Source of the DNA: Flectonema sp. DT1601
Taxonomy: Eukaryota
Length of the DNA stretch: 64,000 nucleotides
Reading direction: 5' to 3'
Assembly: GCA_964019425.1 (NCBI GenBank)
Contig: OZ025803.1
Span: 124,001-188,000 of the forward strand
The notes beneath the pieces are model-generated. The model did no database searches. It was not told the DNA's origin and saw only the letters and a program-made list of their open reading frames with translations. This document shows positions 48,702 through 59,880 of the stretch, piece by piece. The position numbers and the translations under genes are program-made. Each line of letters starts with the position of its first letter. Positions within the stretch are counted from its first letter, which is position 1.

Positions 48702-49646
48702 ATGTTCTGGACGACAACTGCACCGTGGGAGTCTGACTCCGAGGAGGTGGCACGGCTCGGCGCAGGAACCGAGTCTGGGAGAGGCACCAGCAAGCGTGGT
48801 GTCTCTCCCAGAAGGGAGCAAGAGAGACGTCGGTGCTCTCAGGAGAGAGAGCGAGGGGTTGTAGTGCTGCGGATGAAGGAAGCTCTGCGGCTGACTGAGC
48901 CTGAGGAGCAGCAACAGCAAGTACAACATCAACATCAACAGCAACAACAAGTACAACAGCAACAGACATCTTTGATGCAGGAGCAGCAGCAGCAGCAAAT
49001 ACAACAGCAACAGCAAGAACAAGTACAACAGCAACAGACATCTCTGATGCAGCAGCAGCAACAGCAGCAGCAGCAGCAGCAACAACAACAACTTCAACAA
49101 GTAGAACAACAAGTGAAGCAACCGCTACCGCAACATCATCAACAACAACACCAGCGAGCACAGTTTCCTCAGCGTGCGATGAGCGAGGAGCCAACGACAT
49201 TGCCAACACCACCGCCACCACAACAACTACGTGCACCATCGCTGCATCGTCCTGCAACGACGGTGGTGACAAACAGAGAGCCGCGGAGGTCATTCCAAGA
49301 CCGGATGACCACCGACGCGCCGACTGATGGCGATTTCTTCGTCAGACAGCTTTGTGCATGTCTTCTCGCGACAGTTATTTTGTTGTTATGTGTTGTTTAT
49401 TTTGCTCGTGCGAACCCCAAAGTCGTTGAAGGATTCGGGGCTTTTGTTTCCGTTTTATTTTTCGTTGCAAGGTTTTACGTTTCTCTTTTCCCTCCTCCTG
49501 TTCTGATCATTGCGGTGATCAGTAGTTGGTACACTTCTACCAATTGGAGGGAGTTTGTATTTCGCTTGTGTACTTTTCCCATCCAGGTAGTCGTCTACCT
49601 GGGGGGAGTAAGTGGATTGCTGGGAAGTCGCCAGGTTAAGAAATGA
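48702..49646 (+). CDS. PolyQ/TM hypothetical protein, copy 4
   Basis: Identical translation to copy 1. Confidence 0.6.
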   Translation: MFWTTTAPWESDSEEVARLGAGTESGRGTSKRGVSPRREQERRRCSQERERGVVVLRMKEALRLTEPEEQQQQVQHQHQQQQQVQQQQTSLMQEQQQQQIQQQQQEQVQQQQTSLMQQQQQQQQQQQQQQLQQVEQQVKQPLPQHHQQQHQRAQFPQRAMSEEPTTLPTPPPPQQLRAPSLHRPATTVVTNREPRRSFQDRMTTDAPTDGDFFVRQLCACLLATVILLLCVVYFARANPKVVEGFGAFVSVLFFVARFYVSLFPPPVLIIAVISSWYTSTNWREFVFRLCTFPIQVVVYLGGVSGLLGSRQVKK

Positions 49647-52600
49647 TCTGAACCATCTCCACCTTGGGTTCGAATTGTTTTTGGATCGACTTTTCATCTT
49701 CTTCATCTTGTTGTTGTTTTTTTGATATTCCCTTCGTTTGTGTTGCTCTCGTCACTCATTGGCTCTTGTTATGCCAGAACATTATTAAAAAAAAAAAAAA
49801 GTATTAATCGACTTGTTTTCATTTCTTTTTATTTTTTATAAACATTGCACGCAGGGATTGCTCGGAGTAACTTCACCCATTTGAAAATCTCCTGGCAACC
49901 TGCCTGCATGGGGTTTTGGGGTTTTGGGGTTCTTTTTTCTTTTGTACAAATAACCGGAAGTCATTTTCACCTAATTTAATATCTTCCGGGTACTGCTTTA
50001 ATTTGTTCCGTTTTGTTAATTTTCTTGAAAAGAATACTTGCCCTCCATAATAATAGCGACTGTACTTCCTGTCTCGATCGTCCTATCCCACACCCAAACC
50101 CATAGCCACCAAAAAAAAATATAAAAAAAAAAAAAATAATAATAAAAATAGTTAAAAAAAATAATAACCTCACCGAACTTTCTTCATGTTTTTTCTCAAT
50201 TTCGCACATCCCAATCTCTGCCCCTCCTTTTTCAGGTGTACAGTCGCTGAATGAATATTAGTGTCTTGCCTTTTCTTTTTTTTTTTTCCTTTTGTCCTTT
50301 TTTCAACACACTCGCAAGTAAAAACCCTTCTTCCCTTTCCTCATCGTTGAGTAACTTTTCACACTCAACTCACCGTTTTAATCTCATTAGGGTGGAGGGG
50401 GGAATACTTGCACGGAGAGTTTACCTTGATATTTCATTTTAGTTTTTACACGCAATGCTTCACTTTTCTTAATTGGGTGGTTGTATATGTTTTTTTCTCG
50501 TAAGGCTGGAAAGAAAGGAAATTGTCCGATTTTCCGTCGGTTGGTGTGTCTGTGGAAAGATTTGTTTTGTTGGAGGAGGTTGTATGTTTCCTTTCTGGTT
50601 TCCTTTTTTTTTTTTTTTTTGTGAGACGTGGTTTTTAGGATGTTTATTTATCCTTTTTTTTTTTTTTTTTTTTGGGTGTCCTTGTGCTGGATTCCAAAAT
50701 GCAAATTAAGTAAAATAAAATAAAATAAAATAAAATAAAATAAAATGAATTCCTTTTGCTTTCTTTCTTCTTCATTCTAATCAGTCTAGTGACCGTTGGT
50801 CCTGTCTTGATTAGTTTTGTGGTGGTCAGAAAGAAATGACCGTGTTCCCTTTTGCCCCCGTGTTGCGGGAGGTTTGTTTCTGTTTTATATTTTGGGAAAA
50901 AGAGATGAAACCTAAGCTGTGGCAGCGACCTTTTTCTTTTCTTCAATTTGATTCTTTCATTTTGACTTCTGTTTGTGTGATGTGTCACAACAATTGAGAG
51001 GAGCCAACCTGTCAGTGTTGTGTGTATTCCGCAGACGGATTCGATTCCATCTCATTTTGGAGATGAGAGATGGGAGTCGATTATATTTATTTGGGTCTGC
51101 TGTTAGCACAGTTGTACTCTTTTTGTGATTTCATGTATCTTGTTGGTCATGTCTGCTTTGCTTGGTTTCATCGCTTCTGCACGGTCCGAATTCAAGACTG
51201 CTGCTTGTTGGGTTTAGAGCAGTGGGTCTAATTAGTTGATAATAATTTGTTGAATGTGTGTTCCCATTATTTATTATCATCATCATCGTTCTTCCCTCAG
51301 TTCCTCTGCGAAGTCGCGGAGGGGTATGAGGAAAATGATAAATGTGATGATGATGATGATGATGAAGATGATGGGTTTTTCTTGAAAACATGTGTATTCC
51401 CTGCTTCTGTGGGTGTTTGCTTTGTTTTCTTCCCTTTCCGTTGAATATTAATTTACACTATTCTTTTCCTTTTTCCTTTTATTTTTCTTCTTGTGGTTTG
51501 TTGTTGTTATTGTTAACATTATAGTACACAACGCAACACATAAAAACACATGCTCTCTCTCCTTCCTGTCTTCTTCTTCTTCATGTCTTCTCATGTATGT
51601 TGAAGTGTTAGGTTGGAGGGAAATCACCATCTGGCTTCTCGTTCTTCGTTTCCTCCGTTTTCGGAGTGGTTGAAGGAGAGGCGATTAATCCTTTTAACTT
51701 TTTTTAGGCTTATGTCCTTGTTTTGAGTTCTGTTCTGTTTTTTTTTGTTTTTTTTTGTTTTTTTTTAGTTTTTTTTATTTTCATCAGTTCAGTTTATATC
51801 GAATATTTGATTGTTAGTTTTTGAGAAGTAAATGTGTTTTGAGCGATCTCCGTTGAAGATAGAGATCGTTGTAAAAGTGTTTTCTTTTTTTGTTTATTTT
51901 ACCGTTGATGTGCCTTTCTTGGACAGCTTCGGGTGCATACAACCAACTCCTTCATTTTTAATCTTCTTCAGCAATACCCTCCCTTTTGTTTTTTAATTGT
52001 AGCCTTACATTATCATTACACCAACCTCCCCAGTTGAAGCATTGCAATTTTTAGTTTCCAAAAGAATATCTGAAACTGTGAAAGTGTGTTGGGTCCTTTT
52101 TATTTTTTGTTTTAATTTTTATTTTAATTCCATCTCTTTTTTCCTTCAACCGTTTATCCTCGTTTTTCTCTTTTCGAGTACAGGATAAAGAAGGAAGTGA
52201 AGTGATGGCAATGAGGCAAGGAATAAAGTGTTTTTCTTAAAAAAAAAAATAAAAAAAATAAATAAAAATAAAGTAAGTAACATGGGGGAAACTTCCCTGT
52301 GTAATCTTCAAAAAAATAAAAAAAAAATAAAAAAAGGGGTTCCACTCCCCGCTAATCAAAAAACAAACAAACAAATACATAAATAAAAAAAAACAACCAA
52401 AAATAAAAATAATAATGATAACAAACAAAAAAAAAAAAAAAAAAAATAGCAGGGGAACCTCCCTGTGAAAATGAATAAAAAAAAATACAAAAAAAGGGTT
52501 CCACTTCCCTAATAATTGATGTGCCTCTGGTGTATTGTTGTAATTTTCTTTTTTATTTACACAGGCAGCCGTATCCAAAGTTCAACACCAATCATGTAAA

Positions 52601-52899
52601 ACGTTTGTTGATGTTGTTCAGATTGTTGTATTTTTCTACAGGTTCAGCATTTTAAATGATAGCCACAAACTGGAGAGCAGCAGGGAGGAGGGGGTGGAGG
52701 GAAGGAAGAAATGAAAACGTTTGCGGGTTTGCGGGGAACGTAAGTTAGGGGAAATATGTGTTTTGACCGCACATGTAAACCTCCTTTAGCTTTATCAGTT
52801 TAAGTTGGTTCACGGTTTTGTGCACAAACAAAAAATGGCAGTGTTGTATCATTATTTTCTGTATAGTTGAAGATAAAGCCGATTCTTTTTTTTTTTGTT

Positions 52900-55040
52900 A
52901 TTTATATAAATGTTGTGGGGAGGAATTAAATAGGCAAGGCTTTTGGCCACAGCCTTTCCCTGTGAGAAAAGAATGACATTTTAATACAAGAATACAGAAC
53001 ATACACAAAATACATACAAGGATAGCATCACATCGCTGCTGAGCCTCCATCGAAGTACTTCCATCGTCCCATAGCAAAACAGAATGCGGAAATAAAGCAG
53101 TGACAGACCTGTTTGAATTGTGTTGTAATGTTAACAAAGTATTTCAGAACATGAAAAAGAACGAGTGTGGTAACAAACAACGAAAGCATCGATAACGGTC
53201 CAGTTGATGTGAGTATCCTGTAGCTGTATGTGTTTTGTTTTTATCATTTGTACCTAAGTAAACAAATGACATCGTAGTTGGACTTCTTTGTCTACAGCTG
53301 CGCATCGGCAGTAAAGAAAAGAAAGAAAGCAAACTGTTTAATCCCGATTGGGAACATACTTCGTCGCAACTGACACCCAGTGAAGTTGGGAAATCAGGAA
53401 CGTCAGCCGCCCATAGCGACTTTTCTTGGTTTATGCCCCAAGTGGCCCTGCGCCGTTTCCCAATCTTGTTCCTACCTTTAAAAAAAATAAAAGAAGAATG
53501 ATGAATTAAACAGATTGCGAGACTTTGCTCGCCGACTCCCCAGCGCTAACTCACAAACAGGAGGTGATGTTAATCACCTTGGAGGCTGCAATGCACTCCT
53601 CATGTTACCCAGGAAGACATACTACACAATGAGTATGTGGGGAGTTGTGGATGTTATCAGTCAGCCATCCTAAGACAGTAAGATACTGCTACACAACCAT
53701 TCCCGCTCCTTCTCCTTTCCACGTTGTCTCTTCTGCATCAAGGAAAGGTCACCTAACAATCAACAATGTTCACTGGCCCTAAGGCTGTTCATGCCTATGA
53801 GTTGGTATCTTCCCGCTCTTAATAAAAGAAAAGAAAAGAATGCGAAGTAGTGGAATATGAAAATGACAGTAAGCAAGCATCAACTTTAAGGTCTTAGTCA
53901 GGTTGATGAAGAGGAGATGCTAAAAAAAGAAACCTGATTGTTTAACAGTTAGATTTATCGATCAGCTGTGACCGCTAAAAAAAAGATAAACTGCTTAACA
54001 GATAATATCGATCAGCTGTGAACAATGAAGATAAGTTAGGATTACTGATCAGCTGTGACCACTAAAAAAGATAAACTTAAAACACAATTAGTCAGCTGTG
54101 ACCGATGAGGAAGAGAAGCTAAAATAAAAAACTGCTCGGAGCAGCGATTGTTATCAGAGATAAAGTCTTGTCAGTTTTAGTCATGAACAGGACAGGGGTG
54201 AGATGCAGAAGCAACTTAAGAAAGAAAATAGCGGTTACACATAGCAGAAGCCTTGAGCAACAGGTCTTACAAAGTAGCCCCAGTCACTACTCTTTTCTTT
54301 TGAGGAGGAATGTAGTAGGCAAAGCTTTAGGCTCACGGCCTTTCCTGAGTGAAGAAGAATGGGATGTCCTAACACAAGAATACAAAAGATAACGAAGTTC
54401 CGCTTCAAGAAAAACAATCACATACCAGGATAGCATCGCAGCACTTCCAAACTTCCATCGACCTCCTTCGCATCTCCAAGGCATAAACAGGTCACGAAGG
54501 GAAATAAAGGCAAGAACAAACCTGTTTGTATTTAGTGTGTAATTTAGCAATCTTTTAAAACGGATAACAAACATGTTTGAAAAAGAATGCCAGGGAGTGC
54601 ACAAGATCAGACAACGAAGACATCGACATCAGTTTGGCAGCTGCGAGTATCCTGTTACTGTGTGTGATTGTGTTTTTGTTATTGGGTTGTACCCAGGGAA
54701 AGGAAAAGACATTGGAGTTTAACTTATTCTCCACCTTGCGCATCAGCAGCAAATAAATAAAAAAGAAGGCAACCTGTTTGATCCAAATTGGATCCATACC
54801 ACATCGCTGCTGGTGTCTGGTGAAGTTGAAAATCTAGACAACCAGCAGCTTCTGATGACTTAACCTGGCTTATGCCCCAGGCAGCCCTGCACCCTAATCC
54901 AATCATGTTCATTCTATTTAAAAAAAAAATAAAAGAAAGTAGAACAAACGGATTGCCAAGTTGCTCACCGACTCCCCAGCGCTAATACACAAGAGGGAGG
55001 TGGTAATCACCTTGGAGGCTGCAATGCACTCCCCATGTTT
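52900..55040 (-). mobile_element. Older diverged partial-tandem element U (period ~1.4 kb), related to V
   Basis: ~52930-53605 resembles ~54315-55040 (e.g. TAATCACCTTGGAGGCTGCAATGCACTCC twice). Internal GATCAGCTGTGA repeats at 53960-54105. Shares TGTAAGACCTGTT and TTAAGTTGCTTCT with V. Another piece lies reversed at ~34935-35015. Confidence 0.65.
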
Positions 55041-55089
55041 AAAATTTGTGCCGTGGCCGGGAATTGAACCCTCGACTACCCAAGCGATT

Positions 55090-55560
55090 TACAGTCGGCG
55101 ACCGTATCCAGCAGAGCGTCACCCTCAACAAGCCTGTATATGCTGGAAGCCAGATCTTAGACTCTTGCGAACAACTCATGTCAGGCTTCTTCTATGACAA
55201 ACTAATCCCACTGTGGACGGGACAACATATCACTTGTATACACAGACACAGACAGCTTCATCCTACACATCAAGACAGATGACCTACATAAATCACTGGA
55301 AGGTATCAAGGATGAACTTGACACCTGCAACTTTCCCGAGGACCACTTCCTGTACTCAAACAAACACAAGAAGGTTGCGGGATACTTTAAGGATGAAACA
55401 GATGGCAAGCTGATAAGAGGGTGTGTTTCTGAGAGCCAAGACTATGCGTACACTCTCATTGATGAGTCACAATCACATGTAAAGCAAAGGGAGTCCCAAG
55501 ATTCAAGTCTGCAAGGTTACAGTTGGATGACTTCTCAAACACACTTGAGACTGGTGAGAG
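55090..55560 (+). pseudogene. Frameshifted fragment of family-B DNA polymerase (Polinton/adintovirus-type)
   Basis: Across frames and in the correct order: VTLNKPVYAGSQILD..MSGFFYD, Y-T-(fs)-DTDSFIL, KKVAGYFKDETDG and AKGV. Confidence 0.75.
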
Positions 55561-56559
55561 TAAGTCCGTCACCTACGGCATTTTCTGTAAAGTTGGCCTT
55601 TGTAGTCCACAGCCATTACCACTCGACTATTGGGGCTGTGTTTCCCCGAAAATCTTTTACTGCATATATTCTTTTCTTTATTGACATAACACAAAATGGC
55701 TGACTGGAATGTAACTGATGGAGTCATTACTGAGAACACCGTGGGCCTTAACTGAAGCTGGTTATGAAGGTGTTTCGGATTTTGATACAGAAAATTGTGA
55801 TGTAAAAGCATCGTTTCAAAACTCTTACAGGTAAGAAAAAGCATTGGGGTGAAGTCCCTGGGATACTTTTCGGTAGAAGGGGTGTCCCAGTGGACAAAAT
55901 AATTGCAAACTTCGCAACAAAAGAGATAACAGTAAAGCCGATCAAAATAATCGACGGCAGATGGATCCTCAAAATGGAGGATGGTTTTCGTGGAAGCGAG
56001 AATAAGATGGTGTTAGAATGGCCGGACCAAGAAGGGGTGAAGCTGGGATGCACCCGAACAGAGATCGAAACCACGGCTGATAACCCATACAGCAGAAAGT
56101 GCATCACAAGCAAAGCCTGAAACAGACAAACAAGAAGAGGTGCAAGAAACAAGTCGTATGGAGAGTAAGCTTGACAAATTATTGTCGACGAATGAGACGT
56201 ATTTCAATAAAATAGAGAATGTTGAAAAAAAATGTAGAAATAAGCAGCATTCGTGTTGTGAAAATAGAAAATAACGTTGCAAATCAAGATAAAAACTTTG
56301 AGGCGATCTAAAACGCTTCATGGAAATTTTATTCCGGTGTGTTGCATGGAAATCGATATCTTACAGGTTACTATAGGGAAATAACTTATGAAATGGAAAG
56401 CAAGTTCATGACCCACCAAGGTTTGTTGATGTCTGGATAGCGTTCGCGGTCAACACTGTTGGCTACCATCTTTTTTCTAATCATAACCTCAGATACCCTG
56501 AAATCAATTACAAGTAAATTAACTCATCAATTCTTTTCTAAACAGGTGAGTGGGAGCTG

Positions 56560-58038
56560 ATGAACTTCGACAGTGATTCATTTGAAGCCGAAAGTCCTCC
56601 AAGGGGGGCTTCGTTAGACAATTCGAGTAGTGTTCACAGTGATGATGAGAGTGATTTTGATTTGCCTGGGATGGATAGTCTTCCTAGGCCGGTAACTGCC
56701 AAGGGACCGAGACCAGTATCAATGTTACCAAGTAGTGTTAGTGATAATAAAGATTTCGATGGTGAAGATGAGTTTGGATCTGTACCAGCACAGCCACAGC
56801 TTCGGAGACCAGGTCTTGGAAGTAGTTCATCATCACTAACCCATTCTGATAGTGATGGTGATGGTGAACCGAGTGATCCAGCTGTTGGACCCGCGCCGCC
56901 TATTCCCATCTCACAACAAAATTGGTCGAGAAAATCTGAATTTGACTCTCTGAATGCGGAATCTATATTCTACTCACCACTATCACCTGAATCTATAGTT
57001 ATTTCTGACCTATCACATGGGTATTTATTTATGTATCGAACTTATCTAGGATGCCTCGGAAAATTTCAAATCGAATTTGTTGGTGAACAGAATATTTACA
57101 TTCAATGGCATACCTACAACACCCTGATCCCTGGTATTCAAGAAAGCTATTGTGAGGGTACCGCTGAAATGGTTTTGGGAGACGAGTCGAAGTACTGTTT
57201 TAATCTCTCTTACGGTTGTTATAGTGATCTGTCAACTGTCGCTGGCAAGAAGGGCTACGGGATGGTTCCGTCTGATGTTGCGTTTTTGCAGCAAAGTGAA
57301 TCTACCGAAATAATAATACAGGCTGTAAATGGTACATTTTTACATGATTATAACCCTAACATGACTGGGGGTGGGATACCAGACATTGTCAAAACCTGTA
57401 CTGATGACTTTGTTAGTATTCGTTGGAATCCCCCGCACGTGTTATGCTTGTCTGATCACAGCATATTATCTATTCAAGGTCTTTTGGGAAAGGTCGATGG
57501 ATTAAACCAGCCACAAGTTGATACACTCATAAAATCATTGTTCGGTAGAAATGTAATGGAACAACTCCAGGAATGGATGGCTGAGACTGGTGGAGACGAA
57601 GACAGTGTTGCGTTGTTAGCTGCTGCTCTTCACTTTGTAGAATCAGGTTTCGTAAACAAAATAATTTGGGATCTCTCATTTAGAAACGGTGAGGCATCAG
57701 CCCTCATCCTAATTCAACTTATTGACGCAATTGTTGTTAGCGGGGATTTATCGGTGGTAGCTGAATTCTTTGTTTGCCTCCTCTTTGGTCGCAAGAAGAC
57801 TGTTTCGAAGGGGGATCTAAAGTACCTTCTTCGGAATATTATTGGAGCCGATCCTGACCTTGACCATCCCGTTCTCAATGATGTGTTCAAAAGGAACAGA
57901 AAAGCGACAAAAAGTGATATACGCTACGCTATGAACTTTAACGAAGAACTAGTTACTGCTGTTAGGTACTTTGCTGAAATTGCCGAGTTGGTAAGTCGAG
58001 TGTGGGAATGGGATCAGAGGAGCACGGGACTGCCCTGA
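56560..58038 (+). CDS. Hypothetical protein with acidic/Ser/Pro-rich N-terminus
   Basis: 492-aa ATG-initiated ORF with normal protein composition; upstream pyrimidine tract and AG. Confidence 0.8.
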   Translation: MNFDSDSFEAESPPRGASLDNSSSVHSDDESDFDLPGMDSLPRPVTAKGPRPVSMLPSSVSDNKDFDGEDEFGSVPAQPQLRRPGLGSSSSSLTHSDSDGDGEPSDPAVGPAPPIPISQQNWSRKSEFDSLNAESIFYSPLSPESIVISDLSHGYLFMYRTYLGCLGKFQIEFVGEQNIYIQWHTYNTLIPGIQESYCEGTAEMVLGDESKYCFNLSYGCYSDLSTVAGKKGYGMVPSDVAFLQQSESTEIIIQAVNGTFLHDYNPNMTGGGIPDIVKTCTDDFVSIRWNPPHVLCLSDHSILSIQGLLGKVDGLNQPQVDTLIKSLFGRNVMEQLQEWMAETGGDEDSVALLAAALHFVESGFVNKIIWDLSFRNGEASALILIQLIDAIVVSGDLSVVAEFFVCLLFGRKKTVSKGDLKYLLRNIIGADPDLDHPVLNDVFKRNRKATKSDIRYAMNFNEELVTAVRYFAEIAELVSRVWEWDQRSTGLP

Positions 58039-59075
58039 TCTTAATGTTCTTTAGTAAGAGAAATCGTCCATCACAAGTATTCGGAAAGGTCCGCCTGTTG
58101 TATGCGTGTACTAAGGTGTTAACACTAATGTATTCATTTGAAATAATTAGTTCAGGTAGAAACTTCAGACCCAACTAATTAAAGTATCGAAGGTGATCTG
58201 AAAACAGTAATCCCCGTTCAATTATTAACCGTTAAAGCTTTGTGGATTTTTCTTTCAGTTTAAAAATTTTTTTTTTTTAAATATAATGCTTGGTGTCGGT
58301 TCTCTTTAGTCTAGTCCTCTGCTATGCTACGGGTAATAATTTTACCACATTGGTTCCCTTATAATAATATACCCATAAGTTACTAGTAACTGTTAGGGAT
58401 GAGGTCAAAAGGTGTTCATGGGTTACATAAGGTTACTGATTAACATCGTCAACTTAATATTCCCTTTTTTTTTTTTTTTGTTTTTTTTGCAATCGCTGCT
58501 GGTCAGTTTTAACCCCTCCCCTTTTCTTCTTTCTGTTTGTCGTTATTTTTTAAAACAATTGTCAATAATATTTAGTTTTTGTAAAATCCTCCGACTCTCC
58601 TGCTCAATTTCTGTAACCAATCCGAAACGTATTGCGAGAAATAAAATAAAATAAAATAAAGAACTAATTGTCTGCTACAGAATTTGGTGTCAGTTTCGGG
58701 AAATCGTCCTGTCTTAAGAGAGTTTCGAGTACAAAATACAGGTGCGCGCCTTTTTCCACAGGAATACTTCTTCATAGGTCAGGCTGGTTGACATCTAGAC
58801 CTAAAAATCCAAGTGCGCCGAATTCTTCTTTTCACACTGAATCACATTATAAAATACGTTTTCTTGACAAGATTGGATGTCCATTCTGTGTTACTGTTGC
58901 TTTCTAAGTACACGGCATTTGAATTCAACTTCTTCCAGCATGCTGCAATATAATGAACTACTAGTTTATCTTTTACTCCAAGGGTTTTGGTACCCTTTTT
59001 TTTTCTTGTTTTTTGTATCAGTAAATATTCAAACAGGATCCCCTCAGGGTCCTTCCCTTCCCCAACACATTACCG

Positions 59076-59880
59076 ATGGGACATGATGAGTCAACGTGTT
59101 ACTGGTTGACTAGTGTTGCAGCATTGAATACAGGTTCTGGTATGGGTTTGATATCTCTGGTTGCAGCAGGTGAATTTGTTGAAAACAAAGAAGACACGGA
59201 TACCAGATTCGAGAGTTTGAGATCGAACGAGGCCATCTCTCGGAGGTTGGGTGGATTAGCTGGTCGGTTACAACAAGTGGAAATACCCGAGTATCAGAAG
59301 ACAGATCAAGATAAGATGATAAATATGCCACTTTCACTTGTCCTTCCTCTTGACATTAGTCTCCCTTGTACGAAGTCTAATGATAATATGGAGGAAACAA
59401 TACCTTGCGAATTATCTTCTGCTGGAGTACCATCCCTAAAATCATTAAAGTCTCAAACACAGTTGGCGATGAGTCGCTTCAGAAGCAGTGGTAGCTCCTT
59501 TCCGATGCCTTGTTTCCATGTTGAAGATCATTCAGTGCCTCGTTCTGAGGATGTTTTCCAATTTTCTCAAAATTTGACGACGGCTGAGAACAAACTTCTA
59601 CTCACCGAGTTCGGTGGCAAAGCCCTTGCGGAAGCGCAATGGGTCAGCCCTGCTGGATCTCCCATTTGCTACGGAACGGATGACTAGCAAGAGTTAATTA
59701 ATACATGGGCGGAGTTACTGTCATCGTATCGCTTTCTTTGATACAATTCTTCTAGTGAAATACTACTCAAAGCATCAGTAGTCGTACTATCGACAACGGA
59801 ACAGATGCAGGAAAATCAAAATATTTATCACAAGTACTATCAACTGCGAGAGCGAAAGCCTTCTTTTTATATGGTCTAAT
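59076..59880 (+). pseudogene. Degenerate, divergent tubulin-family-like sequence
   Basis: NTGSGMG (cf. GGTGSGMG), then NEAI...N. After in-frame stops come SVVVLSTT and YQLRERKPSFY (cf. tubulin C-terminal RRKAF). Confidence 0.4.

Larger units (their letters stand above)
37006..52597 (+). repeat. Four tandem 3879-bp units (last ~3892 bp) plus a 63-bp fifth start
   Basis: The ORF track repeats at exact 3879-bp offsets; units start at 37006, 40885, 44764, 48643 and 52535. Confidence 0.97.
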
